Below, in pieces: positions 10,034 through 19,478 of a stretch of DNA of 64,000 nucleotides. Under the pieces are notes generated by a model. The model did no database searches and was not told the DNA's origin. It saw nothing but the letters and a program-made list of their open reading frames with translations. Position 1 is the first letter of the stretch; each line of letters begins with the position of its first letter. The position numbers and the translations under genes are program-made. Origin of the DNA: Eubacteriales bacterium (GTDB lineage: Bacteria; Bacillota; Clostridia; Oscillospirales; CAG-272); the NCBI GenBank assembly GCA_045128735.1, contig JBGVRT010000005.1:7843-71842 (forward strand). Direction: 5' to 3'.

Positions 10034-10411
10034 ATGAGCAAGCAGAACGAGCATGACATCTATCTCATTCCTCCCAATTTCATTGAAGGCGGTACGGTCT
10101 TTGGAGGTATGCTCAAGCTCAGGAACGTAATAGAAGCAGGAATTATTGCTTTGATTATCGGATTCCCGATTTGTATGCTCGGCGTCTCTCTTACAGCCAA
10201 AATCGTTATTCTGTGCCTGACGGCTTTACCCATCGGTATTTTTGCGGTCATAGGCATATATGGTGAGGCTCTTTCGTCCTTTGTATTTAACTTTTTCAAG
10301 TTTCTGAAATTACGGCGCGTGTTACAAAAACCTATTCCCGAACCGGAGCACGTGAAAACAGAAGAAGAGCCTATACCCGAAAAACCGGAAATTGACTGCT
10401 ATCGTTGGTAG
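10034..10411 (+). CDS. Small polytopic membrane protein in the VirB3/PrgI/TcpE position
   Basis: 125 aa with two or three TM helices (IIALIIGFPICMLGV, IVILCLTALPIGIFAVIGI). It lies immediately upstream of, and overlaps, the VirB4-like gene. Confidence 0.45.
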   Translation: MSKQNEHDIYLIPPNFIEGGTVFGGMLKLRNVIEAGIIALIIGFPICMLGVSLTAKIVILCLTALPIGIFAVIGIYGEALSSFVFNFFKFLKLRRVLQKPIPEPEHVKTEEEPIPEKPEIDCYRW

Positions 10412-10425
10412 CGGAAAGGAGTTCT

Positions 10426-12900
10426 ATGTCAAACAACCACCCAAAGCAAGCAGCGGAAACAAAATATCTCAATCCCATCGCAGAATATCTGCCTATTGAA
10501 AAAATAGCCAATGGGATCATTTATACAAGGGATCACCGCTACGTCAAAATTGTAGAGGTGATCCCTATAAACTTTATGCTTCGCAGTCCGAGAGAACAGC
10601 GAAGCATTATTTATTCCTTCATATCCTATCTGAAAATCAGTCCGGTCAAGGTTCAATTTAAGGTGCTTACCAAGCGTGCCGATATCAACCGACACGTAGA
10701 AATGATACACCGAGAAATGGAACGAGAGACAGATGAGCATTGCAAAATGCTTCAGGAGGATTACCTTGATCTGATTGATCGTCTCGGCTCTCGTGAGGCA
10801 ACGACAAGACGTTTTTTCATTGCCTTTGAGCACGAACAGATCGGCGCTCGCAGAGGAAACGAGGAAGCAGAAGCAATTGCCTCCTTGCAAACGACAGCAA
10901 GAACCGCTGTTAATTATCTCAAGCAATGCGGAAATGAAGTTCTCGTGCCGGACAATGAGGATGAATTCTTGGCAGAGGTATTATACAGCGTTCTTTGTAG
11001 GCAAACGAGCAATAAAGTTCCGCTTTCAAAGCGTGTTCAGCAAGTAATTACCGAATACGTTGCGGCGGATAAAAGCACGTTGGACATTCCTTGCACGGAA
11101 TTTATAGCACCGCAGATCTTGGATATGACACACAGCAAATATGTTTGTGTGGACGGACAGTATCAATCCTATCTTCTCGTCCCCTCACAAGGTTATAAGG
11201 CGCAAGTAGCGGCAGGTTGGCTGAGCTTGCTTATCAATGCCGGAGACGGTATTGACGTAGACCTGTTCCTCTCCAAGCAACCGAAGGAGAGAATGGTGCA
11301 AAAGCTCGGTCAACAGCTCCGTATCAACCATTCCAAAATCAAGGAAGTCAGCGATACCAATACCGACTATGACAATCTTGACGATGCGATTCGCAGCGGC
11401 TATTTTCTGAAGGACGGACTTGCGGAAAATGAGGATTTCTACTATATGAATCTGCTGATAACTATCACAGCTTCAAGTGTTGAGGAGCTGGAATGGCGCG
11501 AACGGGAAATGAAAAAGCTCTTACTTTCTCACGACATCAGCACGACCTCGTGTATCTTTCGTGAAGAGCAAGCCTTCCTTTCTTCCTTGCCTCTCGTTTC
11601 TCTTGAAAAGCATCTGTATGAGAGATCAAAGCGGAATGTACTTACAAGAGGTGCCGCAAGCTGTTATCCTTTCGTCAGCTTTGAAATGTGCGACGATAAC
11701 GGTATTTTGCTTGGCGTCAACAAGTTCAACAATTCGCTCACCATAGTGGATATTTTCAATTCAATGGTATATAAGAACGCTAACATATCTATTCTCGGCA
11801 CATCAGGCGCGGGAAAAACCTTTCTTATGCAGCTGATGGCGCTCCGTATGAGGCGAAAAGGTATCCAAGTATTTATTGTAGCACCATTGAAGGGACACGA
11901 ATTTTACCGTGCCTGTCAGAATATCGGCGGCGAGTTTATACAGATCTCTCCCGCATCGAAAAACTGTATCAACGTCATGGAAATACGAAAGTCGGACAAA
12001 ACGGCTGACGAACTGCTTGACGGAGTTGTGATTGAAAAGTCGGCATTGGCATCCAAGATTCAGAGATTGCACATCTTTTTCAGCCTGCTCATCCCCGATA
12101 TGACGCACGAAGAAAAGCAGTTGCTCGACGATGCTCTCATTAAGACTTATGAGGAAAAAGGAATTACCCACGACAACGAATCACTCATTTCTCCCGACAA
12201 TCCGGAAGAATATCGCAAGATGCCTGTACTCGGAGATCTTTACGAAACCCTTGCAACAGATAAGCAAACCAAGCGTCTCGCCAACATTCTCAACCGTTTG
12301 GTAAACGGCTCTGCAAGCACCTTTTCTCAGCAGACCAACGTGAATCTCGAAAACAAATATACGGTCTTGGATATATCCGAGCTTAGCGGAGATCTACTTC
12401 CCGTAGGTATGTTCGTGGCACTTGACTACGTTTGGGATAAAGCAAAGGAAAACAGAACGGTTGAAAAAGCCATCTATATCGACGAGTGTTGGCAACTCAT
12501 CGGTGGCACGGGAAATCACCTTGCCGCAGAATTTGTGCTTGAAATCTTCAAAATCATTCGCGGTTACGGCGGCTCTGCCGTATGTGCAACGCAGGACCTT
12601 AACGACTTCTTTGCTCTTGATGACGGCAAGTACGGAAAAGGCATTATCAACAACTGCAAAACAAAAATCGTTCTTAACCTTGAGGATGAGGAAGCGCAAC
12701 GAGTACAATCCATACTCCGCCTATCAGAAGCCGAGCTTATGGAAATAACCCACTTCGAGCGCGGTAACGGACTTATCAGCACAAACAATAATAACATTTC
12801 GGTCGAGTTCAAATGTAGTGAACTTGAAAAGAATCTTATCACAACAGACCGCCGTGAGCTTCAGGAGATTTTGAAGCAGAAAACGGCGGTGCCCTCATAA
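10426..12900 (+). CDS. virB4: VirB4-family conjugative T4SS ATPase
   Basis: About 824 aa. Walker A GTSGAGKTFLMQ and Walker B region AIYIDECWQL. AAGGAG precedes the ATG at 10426. Confidence 0.85.
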   Translation: MSNNHPKQAAETKYLNPIAEYLPIEKIANGIIYTRDHRYVKIVEVIPINFMLRSPREQRSIIYSFISYLKISPVKVQFKVLTKRADINRHVEMIHREMERETDEHCKMLQEDYLDLIDRLGSREATTRRFFIAFEHEQIGARRGNEEAEAIASLQTTARTAVNYLKQCGNEVLVPDNEDEFLAEVLYSVLCRQTSNKVPLSKRVQQVITEYVAADKSTLDIPCTEFIAPQILDMTHSKYVCVDGQYQSYLLVPSQGYKAQVAAGWLSLLINAGDGIDVDLFLSKQPKERMVQKLGQQLRINHSKIKEVSDTNTDYDNLDDAIRSGYFLKDGLAENEDFYYMNLLITITASSVEELEWREREMKKLLLSHDISTTSCIFREEQAFLSSLPLVSLEKHLYERSKRNVLTRGAASCYPFVSFEMCDDNGILLGVNKFNNSLTIVDIFNSMVYKNANISILGTSGAGKTFLMQLMALRMRRKGIQVFIVAPLKGHEFYRACQNIGGEFIQISPASKNCINVMEIRKSDKTADELLDGVVIEKSALASKIQRLHIFFSLLIPDMTHEEKQLLDDALIKTYEEKGITHDNESLISPDNPEEYRKMPVLGDLYETLATDKQTKRLANILNRLVNGSASTFSQQTNVNLENKYTVLDISELSGDLLPVGMFVALDYVWDKAKENRTVEKAIYIDECWQLIGGTGNHLAAEFVLEIFKIIRGYGGSAVCATQDLNDFFALDDGKYGKGIINNCKTKIVLNLEDEEAQRVQSILRLSEAELMEITHFERGNGLISTNNNNISVEFKCSELEKNLITTDRRELQEILKQKTAVPS

Positions 12901-12917
12901 AAAAGGAGATATTGCGT

Positions 12918-13442
12918 ATGAAAACCAGAGAACAAATTTATAGCGGAGAGGCAGCCTCGCTGCTTCGGGATATCACCACCTATCATTGTGTTGGTGGCAA
13001 ACAGCTTGCAAGATTATACCGAGGCAAAGACAACAAGGTGGAGAATCTTCTTCGCCATCTTGTGAAGCAAGGACGTATATTCTATGACGCCGAAAATGAC
13101 ATCTACTGCGACAACCGAGAGATGCAGGTCGATACGGAAATGCTCACAGCATTGTGGGTGCTTGCGGACTTTGGCGACAAGCTGGAGTATCACAGTGCGG
13201 ATACCTTTCCCACCAAGATCGTATTCTTTGCGGATGGCGAGGTCTATGAAATTATTTGCCTCTCTGCCGACAAAGAAGCAGTTATCCTTTACAGCCTTTC
13301 TACCCGCAAGGAAGGACAAAACGGCAAGCTGATCGTCATCGTTGATGATGCGGATGCAATCGAAAATATCACCCTTGAGGACGCGGTTTTCTGTACGGTA
13401 AATCCCCACGATGGCTCGGTACAGTATTACAAAAAAGAATGA
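12918..13442 (+). CDS. Hypothetical protein
   Basis: GGAG lies 9 nt upstream of the ATG at 12918. Co-oriented in the operon. No motif recognised. Confidence 0.4.
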   Translation: MKTREQIYSGEAASLLRDITTYHCVGGKQLARLYRGKDNKVENLLRHLVKQGRIFYDAENDIYCDNREMQVDTEMLTALWVLADFGDKLEYHSADTFPTKIVFFADGEVYEIICLSADKEAVILYSLSTRKEGQNGKLIVIVDDADAIENITLEDAVFCTVNPHDGSVQYYKKE

Positions 13443-13454
13443 ACAGGAGGTACT

Positions 13455-14117
13455 ATGAACAAAAAAATCATCAATCAACGCTCGGAAGAAATACTCAGAG
13501 AAATCGAAAAACTCACATCAACAATTCGTGCGATGGAACGGTGTGATGTGGAAAACAATCTTGAAAATTTTGAGTTGTTATCCACGGATGCTGCGCTCAG
13601 AGCCGAGCTGATAACCTGCCGTTTGCGGCATTTGGTATATAGCTCTACGAGCGTAAAAAAGCAAGAGTATTTGGCTTCGGCGGGCGTTGTCCAAGGCATT
13701 GAGATTTTCTGTGAAAATGACATTTTAGAGATCACCTTGCCTTGTTTACTTCCCAAGCGAAAGCAAAAACAAAGCACGGAGTTTCTTATAGATCCCATTT
13801 ATTTTACTCTTTGCGGATATGCAGATAAGCACACTCTTCCTCGTTTCAAGGAATGTGTTGTTTGCTTTTCTCACGTGTATAACAAGGAGCTTCCTACAAG
13901 ACGGATCCGAGACTACGATAACCTTGAGCTCAAGCAGTTCTTGGATGTGATCGGAACTTTTGTGATGGAGGACGATAGCGGTCTTTTGTGTGATGCCTAC
14001 AACACCACAGAGCTTGGCGAGAAGGATTGCACCCGTATCACGATCATGGACAAAAACCGCTTCGACGAATGGTTAAAAGAACGAAAAAACAGTCTGAAAA
14101 CCATATCGGATTTTTAA
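13455..14117 (+). CDS. Hypothetical protein
   Basis: AGGAGG precedes the ATG. Co-oriented. No motif recognised. Confidence 0.4.
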   Translation: MNKKIINQRSEEILREIEKLTSTIRAMERCDVENNLENFELLSTDAALRAELITCRLRHLVYSSTSVKKQEYLASAGVVQGIEIFCENDILEITLPCLLPKRKQKQSTEFLIDPIYFTLCGYADKHTLPRFKECVVCFSHVYNKELPTRRIRDYDNLELKQFLDVIGTFVMEDDSGLLCDAYNTTELGEKDCTRITIMDKNRFDEWLKERKNSLKTISDF

Positions 14118-14257
14118 TGCTTTTTCAAAAAATTTGTCCTACATCGTAAAAATCCGCAAAAACCCTTATAACACAAGGATTCTTGTCACATTAAGATATC
14201 GTAATAATACCGAGTCTCTGTGTTGCTCGGTAAACTTTCCACGAAAGAAGGTGTCGT

Positions 14258-15391
14258 ATGTCACACCCCGTCAAACTCCCCGACAAACGGACAATGGCTT
14301 ATGAACTGCTCCAGCTTATAGCCATTTTAGGTGAACTTCCAAGCCATCAACTCACACGTCTGCCGGGTGGAGACAGATACAAAGAACGGCTGCTTACCGA
14401 TCTGAAAAAGCAGAAGCTTATCCGTACATACTACCGTGATGAGATGCGCGGACATAGGCTGACGGCAAAAGCAAAAGCACTTTTGCTTGCGGACAATCCT
14501 TCCCGTTTTTCTTCTTGTCTTGCCAAGTATGCAGATACCAATCACGTACAAAGCGAGCCCCTCCGACGTGAACGGTTATGGCGAATAGCCGAAGCAACCG
14601 TCACGATGAAAAATGCTGATATATCTGTGTTTCCCGACGAACACCCGAGAGCATTCTTGAGAGATTTGGACGTTGCTGACGAAATCGAAATATCGTCCTT
14701 TTATCCATCAAGAGAGGTCACTGCCTATGGCAATGAATTTGTAAGAGCCAAAGGCGCACGATTTATCGGCGTCCTACTAACGGATACGCGAGCTTACATC
14801 GCGTATAACTTGGGAGATTCCCTTATGAAATGGGCATACAAAAGCGAGATGAGAACCAAAGCACAGGTCAGCGACATTCTATGCCGCGAACGCTTTCCCA
14901 ATCAGTATACTCCCGATGACGTGCGCGGAATGATATTCGCAAACAAAATGGATCTTGCCTATGAAATACTATCCAATTCCGGTAACAAGCAGTATTTCAT
15001 TTTGGATGGAAGCTATGAGAATTTTTACTATGTTACCAACGACCAAAAAGGCGAGCTTCTTTTGAGATTTCTATGTGATGCAGAGCTGCGAGAGGAACTC
15101 GACGAGCTTGTGATAGGACATCTTGATCCACCAAATAATCGACTACTGTTTGAACACGATGCTCTTTTAGAGGACGGTACGCCGGTCCTTCTTGCGTATG
15201 ATTGCGACCTCAGACGAATCAGCAAGTTTACGTCTATGCTCAACCTACAAGAAAGACACGGAGTGCTTATGTGCTTTGATTATCAAGCGGATACGCTTGG
15301 CAGATTTTGCGGGGAGCGTGTTACGTTAAAAACCATTGACTACGAAAAAGTGAAAAGGAGGTTTTTCGAAAATAAACAAGAAACTGATTAA
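14258..15391 (+). CDS. Putative winged-helix protein, possibly replication-relaxation-like DNA-processing accessory factor
   Basis: The N-terminal segment AYELLQLIAILGELPSHQLTRL looks like a wHTH. The gene lies directly upstream of the coupling-protein gene. No relaxase HxH or Tyr motif recognised. Confidence 0.3.
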   Translation: MSHPVKLPDKRTMAYELLQLIAILGELPSHQLTRLPGGDRYKERLLTDLKKQKLIRTYYRDEMRGHRLTAKAKALLLADNPSRFSSCLAKYADTNHVQSEPLRRERLWRIAEATVTMKNADISVFPDEHPRAFLRDLDVADEIEISSFYPSREVTAYGNEFVRAKGARFIGVLLTDTRAYIAYNLGDSLMKWAYKSEMRTKAQVSDILCRERFPNQYTPDDVRGMIFANKMDLAYEILSNSGNKQYFILDGSYENFYYVTNDQKGELLLRFLCDAELREELDELVIGHLDPPNNRLLFEHDALLEDGTPVLLAYDCDLRRISKFTSMLNLQERHGVLMCFDYQADTLGRFCGERVTLKTIDYEKVKRRFFENKQETD

Positions 15392-15413
15392 AATACTGTG
15401 CGTAGGACCGCCA

Positions 15414-17213
15414 TTGTTATTTGCCTTGCTCTATGGCGGTGGATATATAGCGCAGTTTATCCGTAACTATACCGAATGGCAAAATTCGGGAGCCGTTATG
15501 GGAGACGGCACCTCTCCGCAAATGCCAACATTCGCTATCGGCGAGTGCTTTCGAGCTATGTTTACAATGCCGTATGGAATCATCGGTATTGCGATATGTG
15601 TGCTTGTGCTTGGACTTCTCGTATTTATGGTTATGCGAATGGGCTTTGGCGACAAGGGAGAATACGACAGGAACCGAAATCTCATTTACTCCAACAAAGG
15701 TACTTACGGTACGGCGGGCTTTATGCCCGAAAAAGAAATAGCCGAGGTGCTTGATGTTGTGGGCGACGTGCGAAAGCACACGGGCACGATTCTCGGAAAG
15801 TTAAACGGCAAAGCAATTTGTGTTCCGAAGGAAACAAGATTAAATGCCAATATTGCCGTTTACGGAGCCAGCGGCTCAATGAAAACAAGAGCGTTTTGCA
15901 TCAACCGCATTTTGCAAAGTGCGGCACGCGGAGAGTCGCTTATCATAACAGATCCCAAGTCAGAGCTATACGAGAAAACAAGCGAGTATCTACGGTCGAA
16001 GGGATACGTGGTTAAGGTATTTAACTTGGTATCACCCGAAAGCTCCGACTCTTGGAACTGTTTATGCGAGATCGAGGGAGACGAGCTTATGGCGCAGCTA
16101 TTTTGCGATGTCATTATCAAGAACACGGGCTCGGAGCGTGGCGATCATTTTTGGGACAACGCAGAAATGAATTTGCTCAAGGCGTTGGTTCTCTACGTGG
16201 AACAGGGCTATCCTTCCGATAGGAAGAATATTGGCGAGGTATACAGACTTTTGACGTTAAATTCAGAAAATGAACTTAACACCTTGTTTGACAAGCTGCC
16301 CATTTCGCACCCTGCAAAAGCGCCTTATGTAATTTTCAAGCAAGCATCCGAAACGGTGAGGACGGGCGTTATCATTGGACTTGGCTCACGCCTTCAGGTA
16401 TTTCAGAACAGCAAAGTCAAGAGCATAACAGCCTATGACGAGATCGACCTTGAGCTGCCGGGAAAGCAACCGTGTGCATACTACTGCATCACAAGCGATC
16501 AGGACAGCACCTTTGACTTCTTATCCTCGCTCTTTTTATCCTTTGTATTCATCAAGCTTGTAAGGTACGCAGATAAAAACTGCGAAGGCGGTAAGCTTCC
16601 CGTTCCCGTTCACGTGCTTGGAGAGGAATTGACCGCTTGCGGTGTCATTCCCGACCTCAGCCGAAAAATATCGGTAATCAGGTCCCGTAATATTTCTATG
16701 TCCTGCGTATTTCAGAATCTTGCAGGACTTCAAAACCGCTATCCGTACAACCAATGGCAAGAAATACTCGGCAATTCAGATATTCAGCTTTTCCTCGGAT
16801 GTGTGGATGAGCTGACCGCAAAATATATCAGCGACCGAGCCGGTGAGGTTTCTATCGCTGTTACGAGCAAGGCAAAGCAGCTTGGTACTTGGCGCGTCAG
16901 CGACTATACACCGGAATATAGGGAGACAAGCGGCGTCGGAAAGCGAAAGCTGCTCACGATGGACGAAGTTTTGCGCCTTCCCATCAACCAAGCATTGATC
17001 ATCATTCGAGGAAGAAAGGTACTCCAAGTAGATAAATACGATTACACCTGCCACCCCGAAGCAGACAAATTGGTTATGTGTAAGGCATCCGAACACATAC
17101 CCGAATGGGTCAAGCGTCCTAAACCCACAGAACAAGAAGCACCGGAACAGCCACCCAAAAAGGAAAAGAAAAAAGTAGTCCCGACCGGTAAGGACTCGGT
17201 AATGTCAGATTAA
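15414..17213 (+). CDS. virD4: VirD4/TraG-family type IV coupling protein
   Basis: N-terminal TM helices, Walker A VYGASGSMKTRAF and TraG/TraD-like length. The TTG start is uncertain (weak RBS). Confidence 0.8.
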   Translation: MLFALLYGGGYIAQFIRNYTEWQNSGAVMGDGTSPQMPTFAIGECFRAMFTMPYGIIGIAICVLVLGLLVFMVMRMGFGDKGEYDRNRNLIYSNKGTYGTAGFMPEKEIAEVLDVVGDVRKHTGTILGKLNGKAICVPKETRLNANIAVYGASGSMKTRAFCINRILQSAARGESLIITDPKSELYEKTSEYLRSKGYVVKVFNLVSPESSDSWNCLCEIEGDELMAQLFCDVIIKNTGSERGDHFWDNAEMNLLKALVLYVEQGYPSDRKNIGEVYRLLTLNSENELNTLFDKLPISHPAKAPYVIFKQASETVRTGVIIGLGSRLQVFQNSKVKSITAYDEIDLELPGKQPCAYYCITSDQDSTFDFLSSLFLSFVFIKLVRYADKNCEGGKLPVPVHVLGEELTACGVIPDLSRKISVIRSRNISMSCVFQNLAGLQNRYPYNQWQEILGNSDIQLFLGCVDELTAKYISDRAGEVSIAVTSKAKQLGTWRVSDYTPEYRETSGVGKRKLLTMDEVLRLPINQALIIIRGRKVLQVDKYDYTCHPEADKLVMCKASEHIPEWVKRPKPTEQEAPEQPPKKEKKKVVPTGKDSVMSD

Positions 17214-17236
17214 AATCAAGAAGGAGGTATTTTACA

Positions 17237-18406
17237 ATGACAAAAAAGAAAACCGAAGAAACTATGATTTCAAGCGAAGCCGTTGAGAACAACACGGAAA
17301 TGGAGGAGATTATTGATGTATCCGAAGAAAAGACCGTATCCGCTGATGAAAGCACGGCTGCACTTGAAGAACCCGTTGCACCCAAAAAGAAGCGTGCAAC
17401 AAAAAAGAAGATCGAGGCAGAGGCAGCGGAGGTCCCCGAAGTATCTGAAGCCGAAGTGGAAGAAGAACCGACACCCAAAAGAAAGCGTGTGCCAAAGGAG
17501 GCGCCTATCTTAACAATTGACGTGGACGGTGATGTGGAAACGGAGGAACAGCTTGCTGAAATAGCTTGGCATGAGATTCGCAACGCCTACCGTACACGAA
17601 GGATCCTGACAGGTATGCTCGGCGGTATTGAGCAGACCGACAACGGAAAGACAGTAGCTATTGTTGAATACAAGGGCTACCGTATCATTATTCCTCTAAG
17701 AGAAATGGTGGTCAACTTCCCGAATAACGTATCGGGAGACGACTACAAGGATCTTGTTGTGCGACACCACAAGCTTGTAAGCAATATGCTCGGCGCTGAA
17801 ATCGATTTTCTTGTAAAAGGAATCGACTCCAAGACACGAAGCGTTGTGGCAAGCCGCCGCGAAGCTATGCTCAAGAAGCGTCAAACCTTTTATATGGAAA
17901 CAGACAATAGCGGTACATATAAAATTTATGACGGCCGCATTGTCCAGGCGCGCGTTATTGCGGTTGCCGAAAAAGCGATTCGCATTGAGGCGTTCGGTGT
18001 GGAATGCTCCATTATGGCGAGAGATCTCTCTTGGGATTGGATAGGCGATGCTCACGACCGCTATTCCGTAGGTGATCAAATCGTTGTCCGTGTTCTTTCG
18101 GTTAAGAGAGATAATGTTGAGGACATCTCTATCAAAGCGGACGTAAAGAGCGTTAGCGACAATAACAGGCGAACCAACCTCAGTCAATGCCGCATCCAAA
18201 GCAAATATGCCGGTAAGGTTACTGACGTTCATAAGGGTGTTGTCTATGTCCGTCTGACAAACGGCGTGAATGCCGTTGCTCATTCGTGTTACGACAGACG
18301 AATGCCCGGCAAGAAAGATGACGTCAGCTTTGCTGTAACGCATATCGACGAGGAGAAAGGCGTTGCGGTCGGCATTATTACCCGTATTATCAAGCAGAAT
18401 CTATAA
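17237..18406 (+). CDS. S1 RNA-binding-domain protein with K/E-rich N-terminus
   Basis: AGGAGG precedes the ATG. The C-terminal half has S1-like segments (GRIVQARVIAVAEKAIRIEAFGVECSIMARDLS; VGDQIVVRVLSVKRD; YAGKVTDVHKGVVYVRL). Confidence 0.6.
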   Translation: MTKKKTEETMISSEAVENNTEMEEIIDVSEEKTVSADESTAALEEPVAPKKKRATKKKIEAEAAEVPEVSEAEVEEEPTPKRKRVPKEAPILTIDVDGDVETEEQLAEIAWHEIRNAYRTRRILTGMLGGIEQTDNGKTVAIVEYKGYRIIIPLREMVVNFPNNVSGDDYKDLVVRHHKLVSNMLGAEIDFLVKGIDSKTRSVVASRREAMLKKRQTFYMETDNSGTYKIYDGRIVQARVIAVAEKAIRIEAFGVECSIMARDLSWDWIGDAHDRYSVGDQIVVRVLSVKRDNVEDISIKADVKSVSDNNRRTNLSQCRIQSKYAGKVTDVHKGVVYVRLTNGVNAVAHSCYDRRMPGKKDDVSFAVTHIDEEKGVAVGIITRIIKQNL

Positions 18407-18415
18407 TTAAATCTA

Positions 18416-18452
18416 TCGGAGCATTGTCTTTTAGGCAATGCTCCGATTTTTT
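18416..18452 (+). terminator. Rho-independent terminator
   Basis: TCGGAGCATTG / CAATGCTCCGA stem (11 bp) followed by TTTTTT. Confidence 0.75.
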
Positions 18453-18468
18453 CACGAAAGGAGTTCAT

Positions 18469-18561
18469 ATGGCAGTACTTTGGTTTTTAATCGGTCTTTG
18501 GATTGGTGGCATTGTAGGCGTTGTCACAATGTGTATTTTCCAAGTTTCAAAGTCCAAGTAA
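18469..18561 (+). CDS. 30-aa hydrophobic peptide (DUF3789-like small ICE membrane peptide), absent from the ORF track
   Basis: AAAGGAG lies 6 nt upstream of the ATG. Translation is MAVLWFLIGLWIGGIVGVVTMCIFQVSKSK. It resembles small membrane peptides common on Firmicutes ICEs. Confidence 0.45.
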   Translation: MAVLWFLIGLWIGGIVGVVTMCIFQVSKSK

Positions 18562-18581
18562 TCGGCAAAGGGGGATCTGAT

Positions 18582-18962
18582 TTGAAAAATAGTATAATGA
18601 TAGTGAGCCCGAAAGACGAAAGCTCTCGGGACTTCAAAAAGCAGGATATACAGGAGCTTTACTCCTTTATGACGCTTGTGCAAGGCAATCATCGCAATTG
18701 CATTTATATCAAGTGTCAACACGGTATCGAGTATATGATGGTTGCAGACCGCGATTCACGTCCCATCCTCTTCCCAATCAAAAAGTTTTATGAAATGACC
18801 GGTGTGCTCCCGCAAACAGATGAGTTCATTGGCAGCATGAGTTACCACGCTTTTGAAGCTCTGTATGCCGGGTGGTTGAATTGGAATACAGAGTCCAAGG
18901 ATGAGTGCGGAGTTTGCAGTATGTATCAAGAGCAAATAAAAAAAGTTAAAACGGAGGTGTAA
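18582..18962 (+). CDS. Hypothetical protein
   Basis: GGGGG RBS lies 7 nt upstream of the TTG at 18582 (alternative ATG at 18597). The long track ORF from 18438 overlaps the small peptide gene in another frame. Confidence 0.35.
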   Translation: MKNSIMIVSPKDESSRDFKKQDIQELYSFMTLVQGNHRNCIYIKCQHGIEYMMVADRDSRPILFPIKKFYEMTGVLPQTDEFIGSMSYHAFEALYAGWLNWNTESKDECGVCSMYQEQIKKVKTEV

Positions 18963-18972
18963 AAAATCACAA

Positions 18973-19383
18973 ATGAAAAAGAACAACAAGAAAGTATATT
19001 GCCCTTATTGCGGAGCTGAAGCCAAGATTCGCCCTGCAAGCGTAGTCTATAAAGAAAACACTTTACATAGTGACGGCTTCTTATTCGTATGCGATAGATA
19101 TCCCAAATGCGATGCTTACGTCGGCGCTCACAAGGAGTCACGAAAGCCGATGGGCACTCTTGCAAACGGGGATCTCAGAAACAAACGAATTCAAGCTCAC
19201 AAGGTTTTCGACCGAATGTGGCAAAGCGGACTTATGACCAAATGGGAGGCTTACAAATGGATGCAGGCGACGTTCTGCCTGAACGAGAGCCAAGCACATA
19301 TTGCGATGTTCAGCGAATATATGTGTGATAGGCTGATCGAGGCGTGTAACGAGGTATATAAAAAGGCTTGCGCCCTTGCATAA
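18973..19383 (+). CDS. Zinc-ribbon protein (DUF3268-like)
   Basis: CPYCG...VCDRYPKCDAYVGAH motif (four Cys), followed by a conserved helical region AHKVFDRMWQ. Confidence 0.55.
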   Translation: MKKNNKKVYCPYCGAEAKIRPASVVYKENTLHSDGFLFVCDRYPKCDAYVGAHKESRKPMGTLANGDLRNKRIQAHKVFDRMWQSGLMTKWEAYKWMQATFCLNESQAHIAMFSEYMCDRLIEACNEVYKKACALA

Positions 19384-19409
19384 AGAAAAAATGAAAACAA
19401 TTGAAGAAT

Positions 19410-19438
19410 TTGATACCTCTTGATGCTATTTATATAGT
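19410..19438 (+). promoter_or_regulatory. Sigma-A-type promoter
   Basis: TTGATA, 17-nt spacer, TATAGT, about 40 nt upstream of the gene at 19479. Confidence 0.5.
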
Positions 19439-19478
19439 GAGAGGAGAAAATAATAATTAAAGAAAAGGAAACAAAACA

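Noticed and set aside
17119-17583. 154-aa minus-strand ORF with S/T/A-rich low complexity.
   Set aside because: It is antisense to the K/E-rich N-terminus of the S1-domain gene and the end of virD4, and is a composition artefact.
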